Assembly (NCBI GenBank): GCA_038245905.1
Contig: JBBRRY010000035.1
Location: 1-33,902 of the forward strand
Length of the DNA: 33,902 nt
Direction: 5' to 3'
Source: Thermoanaerobaculia bacterium
GTDB taxonomy: Bacteria > Acidobacteriota > Thermoanaerobaculia > UBA5066
Part shown: piece after piece, positions 20,404 to 30,145 of the stretch
Numbering within the stretch: the stretch's first letter is position 1
Layout: every line of letters begins with the position of its first letter
Program-made: the position numbers and the translations under genes
The notes under the pieces: generated by a model
The model's input: the letters and a program-made list of their open reading frames with translations, nothing else
Database searches by the model: none
Told to the model about the DNA's origin: nothing

Positions 20404-21414
20404 TCACGCCGCGGCGCGGGCGGCGTGCGTCTCGAAAAAGTGCTCGACGGCCTCCAGGAACGCCTGCGGGCTCTCGAGGCTTGCGATCCGGCGACGCAGC
20501 TCGGCCCCATTCGGCAGGCCGTACGTGTACCAGCCCGTGAACGTGCGGAGCTTCGACAGCATCGCGCGCGGCGCGTCCGCGTCGTCACGCTGAATGAGGC
20601 GGAAGTGGTCGAGGATGACGTCGCGTCGCTCGGCAAGTGTCGCCTCCCGATAGGGGCGGCCGGCGAGAAGCTCCGACGCCTGCCTGAAGATCCACGGGTT
20701 CTTCATCGTGGCCCGACCCACCATGACGGCGTCGCACCCTGTCTCTCGAAACATCGCGACGACATCCTCGGGCGTTGCCACGTCCCCGTTTCCGACGACC
20801 GGGATCGCCACGGCTTCCTTGAGGCGTGCGATCCGGCTCCAGTCGGCCCGGCCCGTGTACATCTGCTTCGCCGTCCGCGCGTGCAGCGCCACCGCGGCGA
20901 CGCCCTCGCCCGCGCAGATCCGGCCGAGCTCGAGATAGTTCACGGTCTCCTCGTTGATGCCGAGGCGGAATTTCACCGTGAGCGGCGTCGTCTTCAGCAC
21001 CTTCTTGCAGGCCGCGATGATCGCCCGGGCCTTGCCAAGATCGCGCATGAGGCCAGCGCCCGCGCAGCCCTTGAGGACCTTGTTCGCGGGGCACCCCATG
21101 TTGATGTCGCACACGTCGACGCCCATTTCCTCGACGCGCTCGGCGGCGATCTCCATGCGCTCGGCGTCCGCTCCGTAAATCTGGACCGACAGCGGGCGCT
21201 CTTCGGGATCGAAGCGCAGAAGCCGCGCGGTCTTGCGGTTTCCACGCGTGAGCCCCTCGGACGAGATGAACTCCATCGTCACGAGACCGACGCCGCCGAT
21301 CCGCCGGAGGAGGAGGCGGTACGTCATGTCGGTGATCCCGGCCATCGGGGCCAGGATCAGCGGGGGGGCGACGGCGCAGGGACGGGTCCCGGCGCCGCCG
21401 TAAACGAGGGTCAT
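20404..21414 (-). CDS. dusB: tRNA-dihydrouridine synthase (DusB/NifR3 type)
   Basis: LAPMAGITD, DINMGCP, TVKFRLG, LHART, GNGDV, MVGRA. Confidence 0.93.
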   Translation of the reverse strand: MTLVYGGAGTRPCAVAPPLILAPMAGITDMTYRLLLRRIGGVGLVTMEFISSEGLTRGNRKTARLLRFDPEERPLSVQIYGADAERMEIAAERVEEMGVDVCDINMGCPANKVLKGCAGAGLMRDLGKARAIIAACKKVLKTTPLTVKFRLGINEETVNYLELGRICAGEGVAAVALHARTAKQMYTGRADWSRIARLKEAVAIPVVGNGDVATPEDVVAMFRETGCDAVMVGRATMKNPWIFRQASELLAGRPYREATLAERRDVILDHFRLIQRDDADAPRAMLSKLRTFTGWYTYGLPNGAELRRRIASLESPQAFLEAVEHFFETHAARAAA

Positions 21415-21424
21415 GCCAGGAAGT

Positions 21425-22291
21425 TTAGTGGCCGGTGGCCTTCGCGGGCGGGGCGGAAGCCGGCGCCGCCGGATTCACGAGGCTCTCCACCTCGAAAGAC
21501 CCCTGGTGGAGCGCGAAGACGCCGGGCACGACCTTCTGGTCGCGCGTGAGGCCGACGACGTACGCGTGCCGCCCCAGCGCGAGGCCTTCGAGCCAGACCG
21601 GCTCGACCTTCGTGAGCGTGACCTCGGGCTGCGTATCGACCTTGTAGCGAAGGCGGCAGGAGTCCGGGACGGAGGACTCCGCGACGGGGCACCCGGTGAC
21701 GAGGACGTCGAGGAGAACCTTGCCCGTGTCGCCCTTCACCTTCCCCCGGGGCGCGACCACCGTGAGCATCGCCGCACCGGCCTCGGCCGTGTTCTTGCCG
21801 TCCTTCTCGCCCACGTGGAACGTGACGGACGCGAGCGCGGACGGCTCCTTGATGGCTTCGCCCCACGGGCGCACCGGGAAGATCCGGACCGTATGCGTGC
21901 CCCTCGGCAGGCTCTTGAACGTGTAGGGTTTCGTCGCGTCGCGCCACGGGAACGTCGAGGAGATGTTGTCGACGAGGATCTCCAGCCGCTGACCCGTCTT
22001 CGTCGCCGCGTCCTCGAAGGTCTCGAAGTTCACGAGCTCCACCTTGAGCGTCACCGGAGCGCCCTTGGCTGGCGGCTGCCCCGCCGCCACCTCAGGAATC
22101 GGGATGACTTCATCTGGTGCCGGCGAGATGATCTTGAGCATCACGGGACCCGTGGGACCGCGCCCGTCGGCGAATCCTGCCACGGGAGATTTCGGATCCT
22201 TCGGGGCCGTCTGGGCGAAGGCCGGCTGAAGGAGGACGACGTTGAGGCCCACGACGAGGGTCTTCGAGAGAAGGCTGGGAGTGAGTTTCAC
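21425..22291 (-). CDS. Exported beta-rich hypothetical protein (two Ig-like domains)
   Basis: SD AAGGAG, GTG start, signal peptide ending AFA; LKIISP, GTHTVRIFPVRPWGE. Confidence 0.75.
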   Translation of the reverse strand: MKLTPSLLSKTLVVGLNVVLLQPAFAQTAPKDPKSPVAGFADGRGPTGPVMLKIISPAPDEVIPIPEVAAGQPPAKGAPVTLKVELVNFETFEDAATKTGQRLEILVDNISSTFPWRDATKPYTFKSLPRGTHTVRIFPVRPWGEAIKEPSALASVTFHVGEKDGKNTAEAGAAMLTVVAPRGKVKGDTGKVLLDVLVTGCPVAESSVPDSCRLRYKVDTQPEVTLTKVEPVWLEGLALGRHAYVVGLTRDQKVVPGVFALHQGSFEVESLVNPAAPASAPPAKATGH

Positions 22292-22342
22292 GCGTGCTCC
22301 TTGAAAAAATCCATGGCGTGGGACGAAATCGCAGGGCCGCGA

Positions 22343-22351
22343 AGAATAACA
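22343..22351 (-). promoter_or_regulatory. Extended -10 promoter element
   Basis: Minus strand TGT-TATTCT in the intergenic region upstream of GTG 22291. Confidence 0.45.
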
Positions 22352-22378
22352 GCAAGATCGAGGCCGGAAAAAGACCGT

Positions 22379-23026
22379 TCAGGGCCCCGACCGCGCCCAC
22401 CCCTCCGGCACGGCGAAGAGGCGGGGATCCGCTCCGACCCGCACGTCCGTGAGGCCGATGGTCGACTTCTGCTCTTTTCCGTCCGCGCCCGCGCTCTCAC
22501 GGTCGAATCGCATGACGAGCCCGTCGAGATCCGCGGCCACCCAGTAGGTCGTGGTCGGCGATCCCGGCATGGCCGGATCGTCGTCGAACCGCCAGAGTGC
22601 GCACACGTGTCCCGCGAAGACTTCGTCGCCCTCGCGGTGATAGACGCTGAGGTTTCGCCTCGCCGCCTCGGCCTTCTCGTCGAATCCCCCGGCAAGCGGA
22701 ATCCCTCCGGGCAGCTCTCCCTCTGCTTCTTCAAACGGAACGTCCCGCACCGTCTTCGCGGCGGGGTCCAGCCGATACGCGCGCCGCGCCGCCAGGTCGA
22801 GGACGAGCGCCGGGCCGTCCGTCGGCCCCTTGCGGCGCAGGCTGCCCCGGACGGCGATGTCGAACGACGCCTTCGGGGCGCCGTCGAGGCGCAGCGTCAC
22901 GCGCGCGCGGTATCCCTGCGTCTTCACGCGCGGAGGCGCTCCGAAGGGATCGCCCGCGCAGCCCGGAAGAAGAAGGATCACGGTCCCGAGAAGAAACGAC
23001 GTCCGGGAGCGCACGACCCATTTCAC
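22379..23026 (-). CDS. Hypothetical lipoprotein (DUF4412-like beta-sheet)
   Basis: Lipobox-like LLPG-C; EGDEVFAGHVC, TYWVAADL, DPRLFAVPEGW; GTGA overlap with the upstream stop. Confidence 0.65.
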   Translation of the reverse strand: MKWVVRSRTSFLLGTVILLLPGCAGDPFGAPPRVKTQGYRARVTLRLDGAPKASFDIAVRGSLRRKGPTDGPALVLDLAARRAYRLDPAAKTVRDVPFEEAEGELPGGIPLAGGFDEKAEAARRNLSVYHREGDEVFAGHVCALWRFDDDPAMPGSPTTTYWVAADLDGLVMRFDRESAGADGKEQKSTIGLTDVRVGADPRLFAVPEGWARSGP

Positions 23027-24042
23027 GCTCGCCTCCGGGGCGGCGACGCGACGGGAACTTCGAGCCCGAGGAAATGCTGGAAGACCGAGAGGGCGCGGAG
23101 CGTGACCCAGCGCGACAGCTCGCCATCGCGCTCGAGCGCGACCGGAAGCCGCTCGGGACCAGGTCGCTCGAGCTTCCAGCGCGCGCGGTGATCGGCGCGG
23201 GCGGCGAGCCGCGCGAAGGACCGGGCGAGAACCGGCTCGCTCCGGGACTCGGGCGGCAGGACCGAGGCGAGTGCGAACAGCATCTCGAGAAGGTCCGTCT
23301 CGTCGCCGCACGGGAATCCCGGCATGACGAGCTCGTCGGGCGCACCGGTGGCGAGCGTGGCGGGCAGCTCGGCCTCGAGGAGCCGCGTCGACAGAAAGGA
23401 AATGGCCCGGGTCATGCGTGCGCTCCGGGCCGCTTCGGGGATCGACGCGAAGAGGAGGAGGTCCTTCTCGGTACGGCCCTGCCCCGCGAGCGCGCGTACC
23501 GCAAGGACGTCCGCGCCCTGGAGAATGCGTTCATCGCGTTCCCATCCGACGCGCACGAGAACCCGGAGGGCGGCGCGAAAGAGCGGAGCGTCGAGCGTCG
23601 CCTCCTCGCGCCGGTCGATCGCGACGAGGACCTTCTCCCACCGCGCGAGAAGAACGTCGCCGGCGTGGTGGAGAAGAGGCAGAGCGCCGTCGGCGCCTAT
23701 CTCCGTGAGGAAGAGCGCGAGCCACAAGCCGCCGTCGTAGCGGCGCTCGAGCCCGGCGGCCCCCGCACCCGCCCCCGGCTCGAGCCGCGACCGGAGGAGC
23801 CCGAGCATGTCGCGTACGAATGGGTCGCGCGAGAACCCCTGCTTCGCCTTCTTGAGATCGGGGTCCTTCGCCGGCCTCCCCAGGAGATCGCGAAGGGCGA
23901 CGAAACGCGCCGCCGGGCTCTCACGCGAGACGAGCCAGTCGATCGTCGAGAGGGGCACGGGAAACGGCCCGTCGGGCAGGGGTTTGACCGCGCCGCGCGG
24001 GCGTGGGACGACCTCCGGTTTCTTGCGAACGGGCCTTGGCAT
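23023..24042 (-). CDS. Hypothetical alpha-helical protein, possibly a degenerate terpene cyclase/prenyltransferase-like toroid
   Basis: IDWLVSRESPAARFVALRDLLG, GFP...DLLEML, SRWVTLRALSV; start at ATG 24042. Confidence 0.6.
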   Translation of the reverse strand: MPRPVRKKPEVVPRPRGAVKPLPDGPFPVPLSTIDWLVSRESPAARFVALRDLLGRPAKDPDLKKAKQGFSRDPFVRDMLGLLRSRLEPGAGAGAAGLERRYDGGLWLALFLTEIGADGALPLLHHAGDVLLARWEKVLVAIDRREEATLDAPLFRAALRVLVRVGWERDERILQGADVLAVRALAGQGRTEKDLLLFASIPEAARSARMTRAISFLSTRLLEAELPATLATGAPDELVMPGFPCGDETDLLEMLFALASVLPPESRSEPVLARSFARLAARADHRARWKLERPGPERLPVALERDGELSRWVTLRALSVFQHFLGLEVPVASPPRRRA

Positions 24043-24067
24043 GCGCTGCGAGGATAATCCAGCCCGC

Positions 24068-24847
24068 ATGAACTTCTTTACCGACTCCCCGACGCGCGTC
24101 GTCGGGCACCGCGGATCCCCGACGAAGGCGCTCGAGAACACCTTCGACAGCTTCGACCGCGCCGAGGCCGACGGCGCGGACGCGTTCGAGCTCGACGTCC
24201 GCCTCACCCTGGACGGCGAGGCGGTCGTGCTCCACGACCCCGAAGTCGTCCTCGGCTCCCGGCGGGTTCCGCTCGCGACCGTCACCATGCCCGAGCTTCG
24301 TGAAACCACGATCGTCCGCGGCGAGTTCCAGGGATCCGTCCCGACTCTCCGCGACGTGTTCCTGAGGTACGGTTCGACCGGACGCTACCTCGTCGAGCTG
24401 AAGCCGGGCCCCGCCCCGAGGCCCGGCCTACTCGAGTTCCGCGTCGCCGCCCTCCTCGCACAGTACGCGCTCCTCGAGAAGGCTGTCGTGCTTTCCTTCT
24501 CGCTCGACGCTCTTAGGCGCATCCGTGAGATCGAGCCGCGCATCCAGACGTGTCTCAATTACGACGGTACGGCGCACCGGCCCGAAGGGCGGCTCTGGCC
24601 CGACCTTCCGAAGGGCTGCGCCGCCATCGGACCGAACGTGGCGCTCGTCTCGGACGCGCTCTTCGCGCGCGCGAAGGACGAGGGCCTCGCGGTCCACGTC
24701 TGGACGGTGAACGACGCCGCGCTCGCCGCCCAATTCGCCCGTCTCGGCGCCGCGAGCGTCATCTCCGACGACGTCTCCGTCACGGGGCCGGCGATCCGCG
24801 CGGTCACGGGCGCTCCCGCGCCGTTCGACGTCACGCTCAAGGCGTGA
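24068..24847 (+). CDS. Glycerophosphodiester phosphodiesterase family
   Basis: GHRG, ENT, ELDVRLTLDG..VVLHD, VELK, VHVWTVND, VISD. Confidence 0.92.
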   Translation: MNFFTDSPTRVVGHRGSPTKALENTFDSFDRAEADGADAFELDVRLTLDGEAVVLHDPEVVLGSRRVPLATVTMPELRETTIVRGEFQGSVPTLRDVFLRYGSTGRYLVELKPGPAPRPGLLEFRVAALLAQYALLEKAVVLSFSLDALRRIREIEPRIQTCLNYDGTAHRPEGRLWPDLPKGCAAIGPNVALVSDALFARAKDEGLAVHVWTVNDAALAAQFARLGAASVISDDVSVTGPAIRAVTGAPAPFDVTLKA

Positions 24848-24859
24848 CGGGAAGAAAAT

Positions 24860-24934
24860 TGGTCGGGGCGGCCGGGATCGAACCGGCGACCCCCTGCTCC
24901 CAAAGCAGGTGCGCTACCACTGCGCCACGCCCCG
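24860..24934 (-). tRNA. tRNA-Pro (anticodon UGG), CCA encoded
   Basis: Minus strand CGGGGCGTGGCGCAGTGGTAGCGCA-CCTGC-TTTGGGA-GCAGG-GGGTCGCCGGTTCGATCCCGGCCGCCCCGACCA folds as a full cloverleaf. Confidence 0.97.
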
Positions 24935-24953
24935 TCGGGTAGGATTCTCCGCG

Positions 24954-25715
24954 ATGCCGGCGAAGAAGTCGAAGGGAACGCTCGTCCTCCTGCACGGCCT
25001 CGGCGGCTCGGGAGAAGACTGGGCCGCCGCCGCGAAGCTCCTCGCGAAGGACTTCACCGTCCACGCGCTCGAGCTTCCGGGCTCGGCTCGAGGGCCGCAC
25101 CCGGGCAAGGGCTACGAACCGGCGCCGCTCGCGCGCTGGGTCCTCTCCGAGATCGGCAAGAAGCCGGTGCTGCTCGCGGGGCACTCGCTCGGCGGCCGCG
25201 TGGCCGGCGAGATGGCGGCGCTCGCGCCGGATCACGTTCGCGCCCTCGCTCTCGTGTCGCCGCTCGGATCGGCGCCCTACGGCGTCCTCGACCGCCTCAA
25301 GTGGAAGGCGATGTCGCGGCGCGCACTCCTCGAGAGCGTGCCCGAAACCTCGCTCCGGAACGCCGCGGGTTATGGCTTCGCCGTGCACGGCCCGGGCCGT
25401 GCGGGCTTCGTCTCGCGCACGCTCGCGACGCGGACTGGCCCCGCGGGGAAACACATCGTGCACGCCACCGAGCAGTACGTCGACGGCGTCCTCGCGGCCC
25501 CGCCGCTCGCCGAACGCCTGAAGGGCACGTCGATGCCGCTCCTCCTCGTGACCGGGGCGAAGGACCCGCTCGCGCCGGCCGACGAGCTGCGCGCGATCCT
25601 GGGCGCGAGGCCGGACGCGAAGCTCCTCGAGATGCCGGGGATCGGGCACTACGCCCTTTTGGAAGATCCCACGCGCCTCGCGCGTGCGCTGCGCGATTTC
25701 TTCGCGGGCGCCTGA
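24954..25715 (+). CDS. Alpha/beta-fold hydrolase
   Basis: LLHGLGG, nucleophile GHSLGG, GAKDP, GIGHY; start at ATG 24954 because the longer ORF would overlap the tRNA. Confidence 0.9.
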   Translation: MPAKKSKGTLVLLHGLGGSGEDWAAAAKLLAKDFTVHALELPGSARGPHPGKGYEPAPLARWVLSEIGKKPVLLAGHSLGGRVAGEMAALAPDHVRALALVSPLGSAPYGVLDRLKWKAMSRRALLESVPETSLRNAAGYGFAVHGPGRAGFVSRTLATRTGPAGKHIVHATEQYVDGVLAAPPLAERLKGTSMPLLLVTGAKDPLAPADELRAILGARPDAKLLEMPGIGHYALLEDPTRLARALRDFFAGA

Positions 25716-26497
25716 GCGGGCGCCGCGGGCTTCAGGGTCTCGAGCCATTCGTCGGGGATGCGGCCCGTGAGCGCGGCGCGCTGCGCCGCGAAAAGCACCG
25801 CGAGTCCCTTGCGAGAGGCCGCGAGCAACCTCCCGAGCTGATCCTCGTCGAACGGCTCGCGCTCGGCGGTGCCCTGGATCTCCACGAAGCGCCCGCTGGA
25901 CGTGCCGACGACGTTCAGATCGACGTCCGCCGTCGAGTCCTCGGAATAGTCGAGATCGAGCAGGATGCGGCCGCTCGCGACGCCGAGAGAGATCGCGGCG
26001 ACGGCCTCGCGGAGCGGGTTCGCCCGGGCGTCCTTCACTTTCGCGAGCGACGCGCAGGCGAGCGCCAGCGCGACAAAGGCCCCCGTCACGGACGCGCAGC
26101 GCGTTCCCGCGTCCGCGACGAGGACGTCGCAGTCGAGCGTGATCGTCCGGTCGGCCAGCCGCGACCGGTCCACGACGCCGCGGAGCGCGCGCCCGATGAG
26201 GCGCTGGATCTCCAGCGTCCTTCCCGTCTGCTTGCCGCGCGCGGCCTCGCGGGGGCTTCTCTCGTGCGTGGCCCTCGGCAGCATCCCGTACTCGGCCGTG
26301 ACCCATCCGAGTCCCGTCTTCTGCAGGAACGGCGGGACCCTTGCCTCGACCGAGGCCGTCACGAGAACCTGCGTGCGGCCCTGCGTGATGAGGCACGAGC
26401 CTTCTGCATGCGATACGGGGTCGCAGACGATCGTGACATCCCGGAGGTCGAGCGGGCCGCGGCCGTCGGCGCGGGCAACATCAGAAACCTTTGCCAT
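25649..26497 (-). CDS. rph: Ribonuclease PH
   Basis: [50 protein letters not shown]. Confidence 0.96.
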   Translation of the reverse strand: MAKVSDVARADGRGPLDLRDVTIVCDPVSHAEGSCLITQGRTQVLVTASVEARVPPFLQKTGLGWVTAEYGMLPRATHERSPREAARGKQTGRTLEIQRLIGRALRGVVDRSRLADRTITLDCDVLVADAGTRCASVTGAFVALALACASLAKVKDARANPLREAVAAISLGVASGRILLDLDYSEDSTADVDLNVVGTSSGRFVEIQGTAEREPFDEDQLGRLLAASRKGLAVLFAAQRAALTGRIPDEWLETLKPAAPAQAPAKKSRSARARRVGSSKRA

Positions 26498-26553
26498 GGC
26501 GGGATTCTGGCCCACTCGCGTATGATTCACGCCCCAATTCCATCGGAGGCTCC

Positions 26554-28563
26554 ATGGTCCGGTTCCGGTGGTGGCGCGTTGCCACGCTGCTCCTCGCCCT
26601 CACGCTCCCCGCGCGCCCGACGCGCGCCGGGTTCAGCGGGACCGAGGCGTTCGTGCCCGTCGTGCGCGCCGGAGGCGCCAACGGGATCGTCTTCTCGACG
26701 ACCCTCTGGATCCAGAACCCGGGCACCGAGCCCGCCATCGTGCAGCTCCGGCTCCTCGAGCACGACCAGCCGAATCCGCAGCCGCGAGCGGCGACACTCA
26801 CGCTTGCTCCCGGCGAGACGCGCCGCGTGGACGATGCCGTGCCGTCGCTCTTCGGGATCGAGTCGTACGGCTGGATGCGCGTCCTCTCGTCCGCGGAGGT
26901 GCTCGTGAACGCCCGGATCGACGGGAGAACGCCCGGGCAGGATATCCGCGACTCGAGCGGCCTCTTTCTCGCCGCGACGCCCGCGTCCTTCGCGGTCGGC
27001 GCGGGCGAGCGCACACTCCTGCCCGCCATCGAGCAGGGAACATCCACGGGCGAGGGTGCGTTCCGGTACAACGTCGGATTCGTCGAGACCTCGGGCGCGC
27101 CGGCGAGTCTTCACCTCGTGCTCAAGGACGCGCAGGGGTCGGCCGCCGGGACGCGCGACCTCGACCTCGCCGCCTTCGAGGCGCGGCAGATCAACGTCGG
27201 CGACGTGGCGCCCGGCGTCGCCGTGTCGGCCGCCAGCCTCGAGATCCAGGTGCTCCCCAATTCGTTGGGACACGTCCTTTCCTTCGGCTCCTCGATCGCG
27301 AACGGCTCGAACGACTCCGCCGGCGTCGAGATGCTGTTCGCGTCGTCCCGCCTCGCGACCGCGAGCTCCGGCCCCGGGATCACGGCCGTCGTCGCGGGCC
27401 GCGGCCTGACGGGAGGCGGCACGTCGGGCACCGTGACGCTGCATGTGGGCGCCGGCACCGGCATCGCCGTCAGCGAGGATGTCGTCGGTCTCGTGGACGC
27501 CGGTGTCACGGAGGCGAAGCTCGCGCCCTCCGCCGTCACGCTTTCCAGGATCTCGAACGCGGGAGGCGCGCCCGGACAGGTGCTCACGGCGACGGCCGCC
27601 GGGGTTCAGTGGGAAACGCCGGCGCCGGGCGGCGGAGGCTCCGGCACGGGCACCGTCACGAGCGTCGCGCTCGCTCTCCCGGGCACGTTCACCGTGGCGG
27701 GCTCCCCCGTGAAGACGTCGGGGACGCTCTCGGCGACCTGGGCGCCGCAGCCCCCGAACCGCCTCTTCGCCGGTCCCGCCAGCGGCGCGAATCTCGCGCC
27801 CGACTTCCGGACCCTCGTCGCCACCGACATCCCAAACCTCGACGCGGCGAAAATCACGACAGGCTCGATCGCGGCCGCGCGTATCCCGAGCCTGCCGGCC
27901 TCGCAGATCTCGACAGGAACGATTGCGGTCGCGCGCGGAGGGACCGGGACGAGTACCGCGTTCACGCAAGGAGGCGTCCTCTTCGCGGGCGCGAGCGGCA
28001 TCTATACGCAGAGCGCGTCCTCGTTCTTCTGGGACGCCACGAACGGTCGCCTCGGAATCGGGACGAACGCGCCCGCCGTGCGGCTTCACCTCGTGGGGAC
28101 CGGGCCAAACATCCGCGACCTCTCCCTGACGGGCACGGGCAGCCGACCCATCACCGCGGACGCGAACGGCAATCTCGTGATCGTGCCCTCGGACGCGCGC
28201 CTGAAGATCGACGTCGTCCCCGTCGGCGAGGAACGCGACGTCCGCTCCGACCTTCAGCGCCTGCGCGGCGTCTTCTTCCGGTGGGACACGTCCATCCTCC
28301 GCGCGAAAGACCTCGGACCTCAACGCGAGCTGGGCTTCCTCGCGCAGGAAGTCGAAGCCGTCCTGCCGGAGGTCGTCTCGACTGGCCCTGACGGATACCG
28401 CACCGTCGACTACGCGAGACTCACGGCCTTCCTGATCGAAGTCGCGAAGAGCCAGGAGACGGAGATCGCGCGCCAGAAAGAAGCCCTCGACAGGCAGCGC
28501 GCGCTCCTCGAGGCGCTCTCCCGCCGTCTCCACGCGCTCGAAGAGCGCGCCCCGGACCGCTAG
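26554..28563 (+). CDS. Secreted protein with Ig-like N-terminal domains, a tail-fibre-like shaft and a C-terminal Peptidase S74 chaperone plus coiled coil
   Basis: TATGAT at 26521, SD GGAGG, signal-like N-terminus; repeats [26 protein letters not shown]; RLGIGTNAP; SDARLK...[15 protein letters not shown]...VDYARL. Confidence 0.82.
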   Translation: MVRFRWWRVATLLLALTLPARPTRAGFSGTEAFVPVVRAGGANGIVFSTTLWIQNPGTEPAIVQLRLLEHDQPNPQPRAATLTLAPGETRRVDDAVPSLFGIESYGWMRVLSSAEVLVNARIDGRTPGQDIRDSSGLFLAATPASFAVGAGERTLLPAIEQGTSTGEGAFRYNVGFVETSGAPASLHLVLKDAQGSAAGTRDLDLAAFEARQINVGDVAPGVAVSAASLEIQVLPNSLGHVLSFGSSIANGSNDSAGVEMLFASSRLATASSGPGITAVVAGRGLTGGGTSGTVTLHVGAGTGIAVSEDVVGLVDAGVTEAKLAPSAVTLSRISNAGGAPGQVLTATAAGVQWETPAPGGGGSGTGTVTSVALALPGTFTVAGSPVKTSGTLSATWAPQPPNRLFAGPASGANLAPDFRTLVATDIPNLDAAKITTGSIAAARIPSLPASQISTGTIAVARGGTGTSTAFTQGGVLFAGASGIYTQSASSFFWDATNGRLGIGTNAPAVRLHLVGTGPNIRDLSLTGTGSRPITADANGNLVIVPSDARLKIDVVPVGEERDVRSDLQRLRGVFFRWDTSILRAKDLGPQRELGFLAQEVEAVLPEVVSTGPDGYRTVDYARLTAFLIEVAKSQETEIARQKEALDRQRALLEALSRRLHALEERAPDR

Positions 28564-29381
28564 ACCAGATCCACGAGCGTCAGGTCCGCGGCGGGGCGGC
28601 CGAGAAACCGTCCCGCCACGCGGCGCAGCCGCTCGGAGGCGTCCGTCACGAGGAGGCGCGTCGTCCCGTGCGACGTCTCTCCGCGGCGAAACGCGGGAGG
28701 AAGCGCCGCCTCGACGGCACGCGCCGTGGTCTCGGCCGAGTCCACGAGAAGAGTGCCCTTCGGAAGCGCCCCTGCGATCGTGCGCGCGAGGAGCGGGTAA
28801 TGCGTGCATCCGAGAACGACGACGCGCGCGCCCGAGCGGGTCACGTCCGCGAGATACAGCGACGCCGCGGCCCGGGCCACTTCGTTCTCCGTCCATCCCT
28901 CCTCGGCGAGCGGCACGAAGAGCGGGCAGGCCGTGTGCGTGACATCGCGGCCCCGGTCGAGCGCGCGGATCGCCAGGCCATATGCGTCCGAGACCACCGT
29001 GGCTTCGGTCGCGAGTACTGCAATGGGCAAGCGAGCGCCGGCGGGATCGGACGCACGCGCCGCGGCGACGGCCGCCTCGGCGCCGGGGGCCACGACTCCC
29101 ACGACCGGCACCGGCGACATATCCTCGATGACATCGAGTGCCAGAGCGGATGCGGTGTTGCACGCGACGACGACCGCCTTCACGTCCTGCGAAAGCAAGA
29201 AGCCGATCGCGCGGCGCGCGTAGCGCCGCACCGTTTCGGCGGATTTCGTGCCGTACGGCAGGCGCGCCGTGTCGCCGAGGTACAGGAGGTCCTCGAAGGG
29301 CATGCGCCGCGCCACCGCCTCGAGCACCGTGAGGCCGCCGACACCCGAGTCGAAGAGGCCGATCGGCCGCGGATCGCTCAT
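28560..29381 (-). CDS. murI: Glutamate racemase
   Basis: IGLFDSGVGGLTV, GDTARLPYGTKS, ACNTAS, LGCTHYP. Confidence 0.97.
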   Translation of the reverse strand: MSDPRPIGLFDSGVGGLTVLEAVARRMPFEDLLYLGDTARLPYGTKSAETVRRYARRAIGFLLSQDVKAVVVACNTASALALDVIEDMSPVPVVGVVAPGAEAAVAAARASDPAGARLPIAVLATEATVVSDAYGLAIRALDRGRDVTHTACPLFVPLAEEGWTENEVARAAASLYLADVTRSGARVVVLGCTHYPLLARTIAGALPKGTLLVDSAETTARAVEAALPPAFRRGETSHGTTRLLVTDASERLRRVAGRFLGRPAADLTLVDLV

Positions 29382-30130
29382 GTGCGCTCGGCCGCGGCTC
29401 GCACAGGCCGCGCGGGCACGGCGGCCGGTTTTGGGGGCGTCGCGGGTGGAGGCGCGGCAGGCGCGGCGGTCGCGGCGGGACTCGGTGCGGGAGTCGGGGC
29501 GGGCGGCTCCGCAGGCAGCTCGTCCGCGGCACGCCGGAGATCGGGCGCGATCGGATGCGTCAGATCCGCATGCCCGCCGAGCGTCTCGGCGGCGTCTCCC
29601 CCGACGAGGAGCACGATACGCGTGACCGCGGGCAGATTCTTCGCGAGGGTGACCGCGAGGGACTGTATGGCCGTATCTTCCTCGTGCGATCCGGCCGGCC
29701 AACGCGGTCCGGAAGGAGTACCGGGTTCCTTCGGCACGGCGAGGGGCGGCGGCGACAGGTCGATGACCGCGATGCCGTCACGCAGCAGGTACGCACCGCG
29801 GAGGGACCAGCCTTCGGGAAAAGGTCTCAGGAGATCGGGCCGTCGCGGCCCGTCCATGACCGCAGCCGCAACCGAACGCAGGAACGCCACATCGTCGAGA
29901 GCTGCGGGAACGTCGCGTGCCTCCGGATGGAGCTGGTCGTCGTTCGGCGACTCGAAATACAGCGACACGCGCCGGGCGGGAATCGGCGTGGGCGGAATCA
30001 TCGGCGTCGGCCGGAGGGTCGGGACGAGAGGCGCGGCGGGAGCGGGGCCCCTCAACCTTCGCCCCACGAGAAGGGCGCCCAGCAGAAGGAGAAGCAGGGC
30101 GACGAGCGCGAGAGCGAAGCGGCGCGGCAT
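29378..30130 (-). CDS. GerMN-domain membrane-anchored protein
   Basis: N-terminal TM, VSLYF, GIAVIDLS, GSHEE, ETLGGHADL; Pro/Ala-rich tail. Confidence 0.85.
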   Translation of the reverse strand: MPRRFALALVALLLLLLGALLVGRRLRGPAPAAPLVPTLRPTPMIPPTPIPARRVSLYFESPNDDQLHPEARDVPAALDDVAFLRSVAAAVMDGPRRPDLLRPFPEGWSLRGAYLLRDGIAVIDLSPPPLAVPKEPGTPSGPRWPAGSHEEDTAIQSLAVTLAKNLPAVTRIVLLVGGDAAETLGGHADLTHPIAPDLRRAADELPAEPPAPTPAPSPAATAAPAAPPPATPPKPAAVPARPVRAAAERT

Positions 30131-30145
30131 GAGTCGACAGCAGCC

